A stretch of 35,152 nt of DNA from Phoronis australis. Taxonomy: Eukaryota > Animalia > Phoronida. The notes beneath the pieces are model-generated. The model ran no database searches and was not told the DNA's origin. It saw nothing but the letters and a program-made list of their open reading frames with translations. Both the position numbers and the translations under genes were made by a program. Position 1 is the stretch's first letter. Every line of letters starts with the position of its first letter. This document shows positions 1-11,559 of the stretch, piece by piece. The stretch spans positions 7,469-42,620 of the forward strand of contig NMRA01000781.1 in the NCBI GenBank assembly GCA_002633005.1. Direction: 5' to 3'.

Positions 1-749
1 ATTGCATTGTCCAGTTAACTGAAATTGAGTTCTAAAACGATGTTCTGTTTTGGACGAACGAATTAGGTGTTTTAATTTTAAAATTCAACTTGGTCCAGAT
101 TGATATTTGAAATCTAACACATGAAATAGACGTAAGAATTATTACAACCAAGAAAGCATTGATGGTCAAATAATTTTTATTTTCAATTACGAGCCTGGTT
201 TTTTATTTTAATAAAAATATATTTAATAACATCAATTATTCTTTCAGACCAATGACAAATCAACTGTTAGTCCCAGCGAGTACATAGTATCAGGCTATGC
301 TTGATGTTAATATTCTTGATCAACAAATTAAACCAGATGTGACTAATTGCACGTGACAGACACCACTGTCGAATATGTCTTCAACTCATCAACAATACGA
401 GCAGATGACCTGGTCCGCGTAGAAAGTATTTTGATCAACAATTTACAAGAAAAAACGTAACATTACGATCGCCGCAATTTGGTCATATTCACTTTTCATG
501 TTTCGAACCTAGTTTTCGGAAAAAAATTAAACCCTTTCGTCAGACAACTCTTTGACACCTTAACTTGTTCTCTAATGTAATTTTCTACGTCTCTGTGGTT
601 AATTGTCGACACATCATTAAAATTAAATATCCAGGTTGGACTCGAAAGACCGGCTATTTAACTCACGCAAAGTCTACTTTCGCTTTGTTTATCACAGTGA
701 GCCTCGCTTTGGATCTTAATGGCCGCCGCGTGAATAGGGTCTATAGCAT

Positions 750-1639
750 TCCCACTCAGTGAGAATTTGTCTTACTGATGAGTAAGAATGCTATGCAAAT
801 TTGTGTTACTGAAATTTTCACTGACTGAGTGAAAATCTCACTGGGTGAGAATTTTGTGTGTGCCTTTTATTCAGACACTGACTGAATAGATGAGAGATCA
901 AAGCTTTTTTGGTAACCAAAACACTGCTTATTTTTGTGAGTTTATCTTGAGATTTGACTAAGGGTACAATTTAATTGCAAATTGTGAAATATAGCAGACA
1001 TAAACTAACAACGATAATGCCTTTGGTGAATCGGCAAAGTACTGAAAACTCAGATGTCAACACAGAATGAAGACATCAGTCGAATACTCGTGCTTCATGC
1101 ACTCTACTAGATGTATGAAATGTACCAACCTTAAGCTTATTAACTCACAAAATCAGTCCAGGGTCCCCTCTGGTTGACTTGCAGACAAACTGTTCAGTAA
1201 TTTCACAATATTTGTGAGAAAAACATCAACAATCTTCAAGCTATTTCTCCAACTGCTCATTCCTGGTGCCATTTTAGTTTGAAATTCAGAAATCTGGTTC
1301 AACTGATATTTACACAGTTACAGCCAATCAGGGTGTTTGTTTATCTTAAATTCTCACTGAATTCTCACTCCAATTTTGGCAAGTCTAAATTCTCACTCAA
1401 TTCTCACTCAGATTTTGTCTAAGTATGAAATTCTCACTCAGAATTTTTCTAAGACCAAAATTCTCACTGGATTCTCAGTGTTACATAACATTTTCTCACT
1501 CATTCTCACTGACTGTCCCTGTTGTTCAATTCCCTCTGGGTTCTCACTGGCATTTCTAACTATAATTGGTGATTTAGTTAGAATCTAACTGGAATCTAAC
1601 TGGAATCCAGTGAGATTCTCATTTTCTTTTTCGTTAGGG
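750..1639. mobile_element. Probable non-autonomous DNA transposon (EnSpm/CACTA-like) with subterminal TTCTCACT repeats
   Basis: About 10 copies of TTCTCACT in 1351-1550, reverse-oriented GTGAGAA/GTGAAAA copies at 758-852, and a terminus-like TTTTTCGTTAGGG ending at 1639. The left end and TSD are not resolved. Confidence 0.35.
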
Positions 1640-1671
1640 AGCTCCCAATGCGTTAACACTTGTTTTCTATC

Positions 1672-2870
1672 CAATTCCAAGTTTACTAAGCCAGCCACGC
1701 CCTTGCTTAAACTTGGAATAATTGGATTTCTGCTTTACAAAAAATCACATGATACCACACATTCTCCAACTATAGTTGCATTACCTTGTAAATACATTTT
1801 CTATTACTTTTGGAACGCCCTTGATTGCATTTTGTATTTGTTCTCTGTCTAACTCCAAGTTTAAGCAAGCCACGCCCTTTGCTTAAACTTGGAATAATTG
1901 GATTTCTGTTTTACAAAAAATCTCTTGGATACCAAACATTCTCTCACGTGGTGAACCAAACATTCTCTGACTGGTTACAATATACGCTGTAAGCACATTT
2001 TTTTATCTTGAGTCTTTACTGAACAGGTTAGTAATTATTTTCTTCCTAATTCCAAGTTTAAGTTTAACGTCACTGTTCAACTTGGAAAAATTCTATTTCC
2101 TCTTTCAACTTGGAAAAATTCTGTTTTCTCTTTACAAACCTTGTGAAGCAAGCATTCTCTGACAGATTACAGGACATTAGGAACAATTTTTTCTGTCCCT
2201 GTAAATTCTTGGTGATTAATTTTTACCCAATGCCAAGTTTAAAAGATGACTAGTAAAAATAATGCAACAGTAAACCCGTTATAACACAAATAAAACTCTC
2301 ATTTGCCCGAGTTGCACGCCAAACAAAAGCTGATTCACATTTATTGTAAGTACGCTGATCCTGACAGCAATCTCTGATTGGCTGATGCACCAGTGGTTGT
2401 TAGGGTATCCACTGCTTATCACATATTGCTGCATTGAGTTGATACAGTTTACATTGTGTTTTATCATTGTATCCCTGGTTCGTGTTATTTAGTGTTTGCC
2501 AGTGTTATAAAAGGTTCGCCATGCCTTTTGTATGGCACCCCGTTATTCGAACTCTTTCGTGAAAAAAGTGTCAAAAGGTGTCGTCTAAGGGGAGGAACAT
2601 ATAGAATACCATCTGTTGCCCTTGCCTTAGTCCAAAGCTGTACGCTAAATTAATTCATGACAAAATATTGTTCCTTTGAGTAAGCAAACTTGGAATTATT
2701 GTGTTTTCATTTAAAAAAATACCACTTAGTATTTTTTTTAAATGAAAACACAATAATTCCAAGTGGTGAAGCAAGCTTTCTCTCACAGATTACAATAAAC
2801 TGTAAACGCAATTCCTGTTGTTGAGACTACTCTAATACATTAGCAATCGTCTTCTACATAATTCCAAATT
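1672..2870. repeat. Degenerate ~180-bp repeat units, each with a TTCCAAGTT...AACTTGGAA inverted pair, interrupted at ~2250-2680
   Basis: Units start near 1672, 1852, 2048 and 2230 and resume at ~2686; shared gccacgccctt, aacttggaataattggatttctg and cattctc blocks. Confidence 0.7.
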
Positions 2871-4280
2871 TAACCAGTACTTAAAACAGTATGGGGTTTC
2901 ACATTTTCAATTTTTAAAAATTTTTTAATACCTTTGAGGAGACACTTTCATAGAAAACAGTGAAATCCTGGAGTTGGGCCCATTCTTTTTGGGAAGCTCA
3001 GGGAGTCACAGAAAACCTGTTCTCCATGTTAGTGCAGGTGGACCAGAGTCACTGGACCTGATAGATGTTATGATGAAAATGGTGGATAGTTTTTAAAGAT
3101 ATTTAAAAATGTGTATGTGACTTTGCTTTAACAATATCTGCATGGACATGTCTAAGTTTTTATTTTTTCCAACATACCATCAAATTACAGTACAACATAA
3201 AACACACTGTGTAAAGGTACACAGACTAGTTAACAGTATTTTTTAAACTAAACTAGACAATGTTGTAATTTGACATGGCTAATAAAAAACATGTTTCTTT
3301 AGGAATAGAATCCAATCCAATTCTAGCTAAATCTTAACACAAACAACTTATTGCATAAGTCCATTCACAAACAAACAGTTAACGACTAGACACAATGTCA
3401 CATTCAACTCTGACCCTCCCCAGGCAAAATTTGAAAATTAGATGTAATTGGGTGCAGTTTGCTCATCATAGACAACATAGATAAGACCTTAACCCGAGCA
3501 TCATGTAGTGGAAGTATATGGGTAAAGAACACTTCGCAAGACAATTTGGCAATGAAGTTTCTGGCGTGATCTCTGTCGCACTTGAGTTCAAAAAACAGTG
3601 TTAAAATTCAGTTATCCACGAAGTGACAAACATAGAACAAAAAATATTTGAACTTTTTAAATAAAGTAAAAAAGTCGTTGCCTGGTCCCCGACAGTATTA
3701 CCGTAAGTATATGCATTGTCAGATAACCAGGCAGAAACGAGGTACGAAAAGAGATTGGGATTGAATAGCTGTGTTTAACCTGGGCACAATTCAATATCCC
3801 ATTGTAAAATTATTATTTTTCCCTTTCGATCCACAAACAGCGAAAGATGTGACTTGTATTTGTTCATTATTACTAGCGATCATTTTTACTAGCGATCATT
3901 TCTACTAACGATTTTTGCATGGCGGTGAAGTTTCCCCGTCACGATTAGGTGTGTGGAAGTCAATTTGAGTATTATTTACGAGTGGCAGGGCCAAAAAGGA
4001 GCGTGGCGGGCCGGCCAGAAGTTTACACGTAGGGGAAACCCTTATAATGTGTTAATCCCATCTGAATTGAGAAGGTGGTGTCATCTCTGTAAAACAACTA
4101 TTTGCCAAATTTCATGAAAATATGCCAAAGAACTCCAAACATGCAGAGGCAAACGTGAAAAATTGACATTAGAGGTTACAGCTATACGGTAGTCTGATTT
4201 GCCTGTAACTCATCGTCATATGTTGCCATGTTTATAGAAGCCCATCTGCCAAATTTGGCCAAGATCCTAAAAAGGGTTAA

Positions 4281-5536
4281 AGGCGAAGGCAACCTTTTTT
4301 TCATGTCATTTTTAGCAAAATAAGGTTCGTTGATTATCCCAGACATATTTTTTCACTTATTTACTGCTTTTCGTAATTTAATCAATTACTCGTCGTCTAC
4401 TCCGGAAGTGACGTTTTGGGAGGCAAGAATTTCGCGCCAGTTTCTTTTCATATAGTCTGCCTGTGAGAGCAGTCTAGTCAGTCACTGATCTACCTCGGCT
4501 GCGATAAGTTCGGTCGTCGTTTGCTTTTGCTTACGAATCAGTCAACATGCCACGCTGTTGCTGCGTACTGGGGTGTACTCGCGTACAGAGGAAGAACTGT
4601 CCCACTTGCCCGAGTGTCCCGCGACACACTCCCACTGGAGGGTGATCTGAGCACCCAAATTGCTTACATCCCGCCGTGTGACTCCCTCGCCACACACCTG
4701 GCACCTAAATAGCTCCAATACAAGTCCACAATAAACTTATCAAACTTAGGCTCACCGATATGTTCATTGGATGACAAACTGTCCTCTTCACTGAGTGTCG
4801 AACTTAAGGACTGTATTCACTCCCACTACTCAACATCGCTGCAGGGCTGCTTACAGGCTCTGGGCTAGAGACAACAGCACAGGGCGAATCACATCTAGTT
4901 CCCGGAATTGCACGCAATGGGGGTACGTTCGGAGGCACGGGTGACAGTGGATGAAGTGCCTCCAGTCACTGTATACAGTGGCCACAGCTCGCGAGGCTTC
5001 TCGCTTCAAAAATGCACTTCTCGAGGTTGGCGACGGGGCACTGCCGGGAGTCAACAGCGACGGTATGGTACCCTTCTTCAGGCGTTGTTTCGCAGGGACC
5101 TTCATCAATTCAGCGTACATATCTGTCATAATCTGACGGCAGAAAATGCGTCCCACACACTCGGTAACCCTCCACTGCTTTGTACGTTGTGTGGACGGGT
5201 AGCACTGCGTTCTTCACATGAACGAGCTAGCCAAGTATGGCGAAGTGTGTCATCCTTCAGAAAGGTACCGAAAGTGCGTGTGAGACGATAATGGGTACAT
5301 CCCGGCATGCAGCAACAGCGTGGCATGTTGACTGACTTGTAAACAAAAGCAAACGACGACCGAACTTATCACAACCGAGGTAGAACAATGACTGACTCGA
5401 CAGCTCTCACAGTCAGACTACAATGAAAAGAAATTAGCGCGAAACTCTTGCCTCCCAAAACGTCACTTCCGGAGTAGAGGACAAGAAATTAATCAAATTA
5501 CGAAAAGCTGCAATTAAGTGAAAAATGTGTCTGGGA
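4281..5536 (-). mobile_element. Kolobok-like DNA transposon derivative with ~300-bp terminal inverted repeats and a decayed THAP gene; right end cut by the N at 5537
   Basis: Starts TTAA|AGGCGAAGGC; ~4337-4578 is the imperfect reverse complement of ~5295-5536; a second locus at 27487 also begins directly after TTAA. A TTAA target, AG terminus and THAP domain are established Kolobok traits. Confidence 0.75.
4860..5326 (-). pseudogene. Frameshifted THAP zinc-finger (C2CH) coding sequence
   Basis: Pieces lie in three frames: MPRCCCMPGC..FLKDDTLRHTW, then YRVCGTHFLPSDYDR, then DMYAELMKVPAKQRLKKGTIPSL (AVPT-box-like). No catalytic transposase domain seen. Confidence 0.75.
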
Positions 5537-5540
5537 NAAC

Positions 5541-5834
5541 GAACTCCAAACATGCAGAGGCAAACGTGAAAAATTGACATTAGAGGTTACAGCTATACGT
5601 AGTCTGATTTGCCTGTAACTCATCGTCATATGTTGCCATGTTTATAGAAGCCCATCTGCCAAATTTGGCCAAGATCCTAAAAAGGGTTAAAGGTGAAGGC
5701 AACCTTTTTTCATGTCATTTTTAGCAAAATAAGGTTCGTTGATTATCCCAGATATATTTTTTCACTTATTTACTGCTTTTCGTAATTTAATCAAATACTC
5801 GTCGTCTACTCCGGAAGTGACGTTTTGGGAGGCA
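5541..5834 (+). repeat. Near-identical direct copy of 4130-4425 (flank plus first ~145 bp of the Kolobok-like element)
   Basis: Direct comparison shows only a few substitutions and indels; the copy begins 4 nt after a single N. Confidence 0.9.
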
Positions 5835-6039
5835 CTGTGCACCGACATATGAATATGTGAGTGCAATTACATACTGAAAAAGTTGATTTTGTCACTAACA
5901 GGTTCCATTTTTGACTGAAGTCTGCCCTAAGTTTAATTCAAAGGAAAAAAATTGTTAAAAATTTAAGAATAATAAGCAAGGATTATTTATCTTTTCACAC
6001 CCCATGTTTTGGTGGCATCAGGTGATACATAAATTAAAT

Positions 6040-6150
6040 GCTCTCTGTCCCCACCAAGGTTTGAACCCAGGACTTTCTGCTAACCCGTTAGCCAACACCT
6101 GATGTGATCGACATATGGCGTATGTGAAGACCAATAGCCTTATACGATAT
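6040..6150 (-). other. Degenerate tRNA-like sequence (tRNA pseudogene or SINE head)
   Basis: The minus strand reads gaaagtcctgGGTTCAAACCttggtggggaca (B-box/T-arm-like, 6058-6067); the 5' half does not fold into a cloverleaf by eye. Confidence 0.3.
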
Positions 6151-8648
6151 CATTCACTGCACAGTAAAAGAAAAGTGTTCAAGCATCAGGTTAAGGTTAT
6201 GGGAGATCCTAGACAAATGTCTAAACTTGGTAAAGCGGAAAACGTATCTTGCAAATGGCTGATAGGATTCCAATAAAAAATTTCAGATCTTTTACTTTAT
6301 GTACTGTTCCCCATCAGGCTTTTAGGGATTGTCTTTTGACTGGTTTGCCTTGGCATGGGAGGGCTAGCTAAAATAGGGACTTTCAGTAATTTCATGAAAA
6401 ACTCAAACATTGAATAAAACGAAAAGGATTACTTAGAAAACAGAATCGGCATTTCTCAGATTTCATTTTGAACATTTATGTCAAAAGAAAATAGGTCATG
6501 TTATTGACTCCGCTGTTTTGCTATGAACATATTCCTTTTTCAGGAATCTCATTAAAAATATGGTCAAGGGACCCAATTAATGGCAGATTAATATATAAAG
6601 TCGATATAGCGGTATACAGGCTCTCTACTTTCATGAATTATAGTAGTGTTTTAGTGTTTAGTTTGTAGATATTTGTCAGTAAGGTGCCACATAACCTTGA
6701 GTCCTGACATTTATTTTTAGGTTACTTATGTTTTAAGTTTCAGTACATGACTACTGATAATTCAGTCCTCTGATTGTGTGGAACACAGTTTGATAATTTT
6801 GACCCACCTCCCTGTGGAATAACACTTTCATTTATGCCACCAGGATGTCACCCAACTAGCAATATGAAATGATCTATTGGGCATATCAGGATACATATGA
6901 TAAACTTGAGAGGGCCACATGCTGTCTTTGGCCTCCGGCAACATGGCTCTTCGTGGTCCATATTACACTCGGGATCAGTATAATGCTTAGCACTTCCTAC
7001 ATCATTCACTCTCAGACCGATAAGACAAAAGTCAAGAATTCATTGGCAAGTAGCTTCAGATGCTGTAACAACGAAATGAGGTCCTCCAACCTTGGCTAAT
7101 TTGTTGACCTACACACATTGCACAGTAGCACGAATGGTTATCACAGATTCTGTGTAAGCGAAAGATGTTTCCTAACATGTGCTGTCAATGGGACCATTTG
7201 TGTGTCCCTGATTTAGTAACCTGAACATGCTGTGTCAGTTGAGGGTGACTCTTCCTCTTATCCGTAACTTTCTGGAACACAGGAAGTTGCTTAGAACCTG
7301 TTTAAAATAAATTGAATAGTTAAAATTCCTTTTCTGCAAACACGATAATACTACATACAAAACTCTTCAATCAAAAATACCCATTACAGGCAAAATTGTT
7401 TTCATGTTGACGTGCAGACTAATACATATACAACCAGCTTTAAAAAGTGAACAAGGATTGAGATTTATTGTCGGTTGGTGAATGTTGGATCTATAAGAAA
7501 ATCAAGTAAATGGAAAATCTATTATTCTCTGTTTCCACATTGTGACAATGATAATTCATTTGTCAGCAGATTCAAACAAGATCACCCATCACATTCAAGT
7601 ATTTTATGTACTACAGACAACTAAGTACAACCTAAAAATGAAAGTGTTGATGGAACAAACACTTTCGTGATAGAAGACAACCTTCAAGGACAATGACCAC
7701 TGCACAAAAAAGCAGAAAATCACCCATCTTGCATAAAGAAAAACCAATGTTAACACATACGTCATTACCTCTGTATGCTCCTCACTCACATGGAAACATG
7801 TGAATCAAACATTACTGTATGCCACCATGTTTCAGTCCAGTTGTTAAATGTTATCAACTGTATTCAGAGATGTTGACATCCTGCAAAAGACAAATATTCA
7901 TTTGTTATCCCACTCAGTCGAATGTGCTTTCTTTTCCAACAGTAAATGCTGGGCAGTGGTTTGTACGATATTTTGCCAAAGCAGGTATGGACAGTATTAT
8001 TTCTCTGAGCCAGTTTTGTAAAACATAAAAGTCATATAGATTGGCATATTATGATTGTCTGTAGCAGAGAAAGGCAAAATACTGTAGGCTAGTAAAGTCT
8101 AATCATCTCTATGACAACATTCAAAACCTGTCAACAGAACCTCAGAGAGTTGGGTTGTATAACGTATTGTCATCAATATTTAGACCTGATGACATCACAC
8201 AGCATACCAATGAAAAACTAGTATTCATTAAATTGCATGTTTAAAAATGAAATTAGTATTTCCACTTTATTTAATTACACTTTTTACTCGACGTGTGCAA
8301 CGATTGGCGATGTCATAAGTGAGATATAAAATAAAACACTACCACCTCTAAGCACTGGCGTATACACATACACGGGGGGGAGGGGAGGGGGGGGTGAAGT
8401 GGCAGGTAAAATGGCGCATGACGCACTGTTCAATGCAAAACCCCTCCCGGTATGGTTGGTACTAGTAGTATAGTACGGTCGGTAGAAAGTCATTCATTCT
8501 AACCTGCGGCATTCATGGCGATGTAATTGCCTACAGTGTCTGGCTCCGTATATCCTAGTTCTAAATTGAAAAGGTCCCAGGCTGCCAGTCATTTCAGCCC
8601 CTCCACCACCCACCCGCCCATCCCAGTCAAGCCACCTCTCCACCTCTG

Positions 8649-8738
8649 GAATGGCCAGAATAACATACAGAATGGCCAGAATAACATATAGAATGGCCAG
8701 AATAACATACAGAATGGCCAGAATAACATACAGAATGG
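8649..8738. repeat. Minisatellite, 21-bp unit GAATGGCCAGAATAACATACA x ~4.3
   Basis: Read directly. Confidence 0.95.
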
Positions 8739-9028
8739 ACAATTGAAATAATTAAAACAGAAACAATAACTCATGACAAACGAATTCATGTTCACCATTC
8801 GACTCACAGCAAAAATTTACTTAACAGCTGCACACTAGATGTCATATATGCTTTCTTAATCTCAAGATCACTTGTGTGAACTTGGAATAGAAAGTTATTC
8901 CAAGTTCACGCAAGATTCCAAGTTCAGGCACAGCAGTCCCAGTTTTTGGCTTACTATTATATTGTCTACCCCAGTGTCAGTGAACTTGACTATCTCTTTC
9001 AAGATGAATGGTAGATGTTGATGTGTAT

Positions 9029-9099
9029 TCACATGAATATTCCTAAGTTAAAGTTGTCAGTTCATCACATGAATATTCCTAAGTTAAAGTTGTCAGTTC
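9029..9099. repeat. Tandem duplication with 36-bp period (tcacatgaatattcctaagttaaagttgtcagttc x2)
   Basis: Read directly. Confidence 0.9.
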
Positions 9100-9186
9100 G
9101 TCTGGTTTAGGTGGCTATAAAACCGAAAATCAGTTTTGGCATTTTGTTGTCATCAAATCGTACTCATAGACATAGTCGTAATATTC

Positions 9187-9665
9187 GATCCTTACGGTGA
9201 CAGTAGGCTACATTGAGACTATATACTAGTAAGGACATTCCTTACGGTGACAGTGCATTGAGACTATACTAGTAAGGACGATCCTTACGGTGACAATACA
9301 TTGAGACTTCTAGTAAGGATGATCCTTACGGTGTCAGTACATTGAAACTGTACTAGTAAGGATGATCCTTACGGTGACAGTGCATTGAGACTATACTAGT
9401 AAGGACCATCCTTATGGTGTCAGTACATTGAGACTATACTAGTAAGGACGATCCTTACGGTGACAATACATTGAGACTTCTAGTAAGGATGATCCTTACG
9501 GTGTCAGTACATTGAAACTGTACTAGTAAGGATGATCCTTACGGTGACAGTACATTGAGCCGACTATACTAGTAAGGACAATCCTTACGTTGACAGTATA
9601 TTGAGACTATACTAGTAAGGATGATCCTTAGGGTGTCAGTACATTGAGACTATACTAGTAAGGAC
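9187..9665. repeat. Minisatellite, ~43-bp unit GATCCTTACGGTGACAGTACATTGAGACTATACTAGTAAGGAC x 11
   Basis: Eleven units counted; the unit ends TCCTTAC/GTAAGGA are self-complementary. Confidence 0.95.
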
Positions 9666-11559
9666 GCAAGAAAATGCTTCAGAGTTTGGTCAGTCCTATA
9701 AAATTCAAGAAGAACGGGGTAGAGTTCAGTAATGCTAGAACTTACACTAAAACCTCACAAAATCTAGCTGAAGTTGTGTGTTCTCATTTAAAATACACGG
9801 CAATTAAAATCTCACGTAATCTCGCAAAGTCTTGGTTTTTAGCAAGGTCCTAGTGTTACTGAACATTGCACTGCTTTCGCTGACCTTGCATGTCAATATC
9901 AAAAGACCTAATGTGTGTGAACAACACTTACGATTTACAACAATCAGCAAAATTCTAAGTCACTATGGCTACTTGTTATCCTCTCTAAGCCCCAAATGAG
10001 ATTGGATGAGTGAATTAATATTTTTGATCCCTCACCAAGTGCTTCGATTATCAAAAGTTTACAGATTAACAGTGGACAAACGCACACAAATGTCCAGTTT
10101 AATAAGACATTATTGGTTTTAATTTGGAAAAAACATATTTAGGATAAGCTCGTTGACGTTTTTGCCTTTGACCAGCAAACAACAAAATCTGTTGTGTTAT
10201 TTCAAGAACTTTGTTAATTGTTGTAATTGTCTGCCCTACTTTTGCTGAAGTCAAGACCTATGCTGTTACCAGTTAAATGGGTTTAAAAAACTCTGTTGTT
10301 TATTGAATGGAAATCGAATACTAGGAGGCTGATTTTATGAGAGTGAAAGACCATACCAAGGAAAGAAAGGCATTTTATGGAAAATAATCGTCACTAAACC
10401 TAAGTCATCTTGATAGTAGCCATAATATCTTCGAGCTCGATTTAGTAAGCTGCTGGTCGCCTTCAGGATTTGTTTGGCGACCTGGTAAAGTGCCAAGTTG
10501 CCACAAAATTGCCATGCGCAAATTCGAGTATGCACTTAGCTACAGGAAATAAACAGATAAAGCCAGAATCTTTTCGTTTGGCTAAATTCGAAAGGGTCCA
10601 TTTATGAGCCATACGTAAGTAACCTGTGCTGATCGTCTGCTTCTGACTTAAGAGATGAGTTTGCATGAGATGCTGGGCCGGAGAGGGAAGTTGATGTGGC
10701 TGACACACTCCTACTAGTAATTTTCTTTATGTCTTTCATTTCATTTTCGACTGTTGCCAATTGTGTGTCGGGAATTTTGCCAAGTTGCATTTGGCGAGTT
10801 TACACGCTAAGTGTCGAGCCCAGACGTCAATTGAAAATTGTCTTAAAAACATGGTAATTATGTTTGTACATAATTCAAAATTTTGTATAAAGTCACCTTT
10901 TAAAAGACCCATTGAAGTCACAAGTAACCATACTTACTGTACATGGATTTTCCAACAAGTTTTACACCTAGAAACATTCTTGGTTACAATTTTAATTGCA
11001 AAACTGTGCATGACATTTTTGTAAGAATAACCGTCCTAGAATAATAAGCTTTTGATTCCACTGAAATGGAATACTACCGTATGCGAAATGAGGGATATCA
11101 GCCAGGTGAGCTTGCATAATATTCTGTGGACTTCCAGAAAACTTCCATGCTTTACTTTCACAGATTTTAAGCAAATATCTGTACTGTAACTATTTTTGAA
11201 AAGTTTTGAAGGTCACTTGACCATAAAAAAATTACCCCGATTTTTTATGTATGTTGCTAATTATTGTCATAAATAAGCTAATTATGGATATTTCACTATA
11301 TTATCAAATTTGTGCAATCACATGAAGCCTAAATTTTCTAAAAACATCATTTGACCCCTTGCACATTGTTGACCTCTTGGGGTCAAAGGCCAAGCCCCTG
11401 GATATCATGGTGCCGTATGTCCGCCTCAAAAAGTGCTAAGAATTATAGTTATGTCAAAAGTTTTCAATCAAAATTAAAATAGTTTCAGATTCTCTTTTAA
11501 TTTGTTTCTCAAGACTATTGACCAGAATTTTAGATCCTAGGGATTATTTGTTAAGTCAA

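Noticed and set aside
2933-3016. Possible 84-nt minus-strand exon (AG...GT bounded, open frame), and a similar acceptor near 7298
   Set aside because: No recognisable product and no consistent multi-exon model; expected by chance.
6040-6150. Functional tRNA gene
   Set aside because: Only a B-box/T-arm-like part is visible; there is no convincing acceptor stem, D-arm or anticodon arm.
8494-8807. ILYVILA/PFCMLFW repeat ORFs (likewise 13116-13370 and 19708-20007)
   Set aside because: Translations of minisatellites with no other coding evidence.
9187-9665. CRISPR-like array (palindromic repeats at regular spacing)
   Set aside because: The sequence between palindromes is the same in every unit, so there are no unique spacers. 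No cas genes are present and the context is eukaryotic.
10335-11517. Cluster of short minus-strand ORFs and a possible Academ-like CTA terminus at 11517
   Set aside because: No recognisable protein motif, and no partner terminus or TSD found. It may be a TE remnant but cannot be supported.
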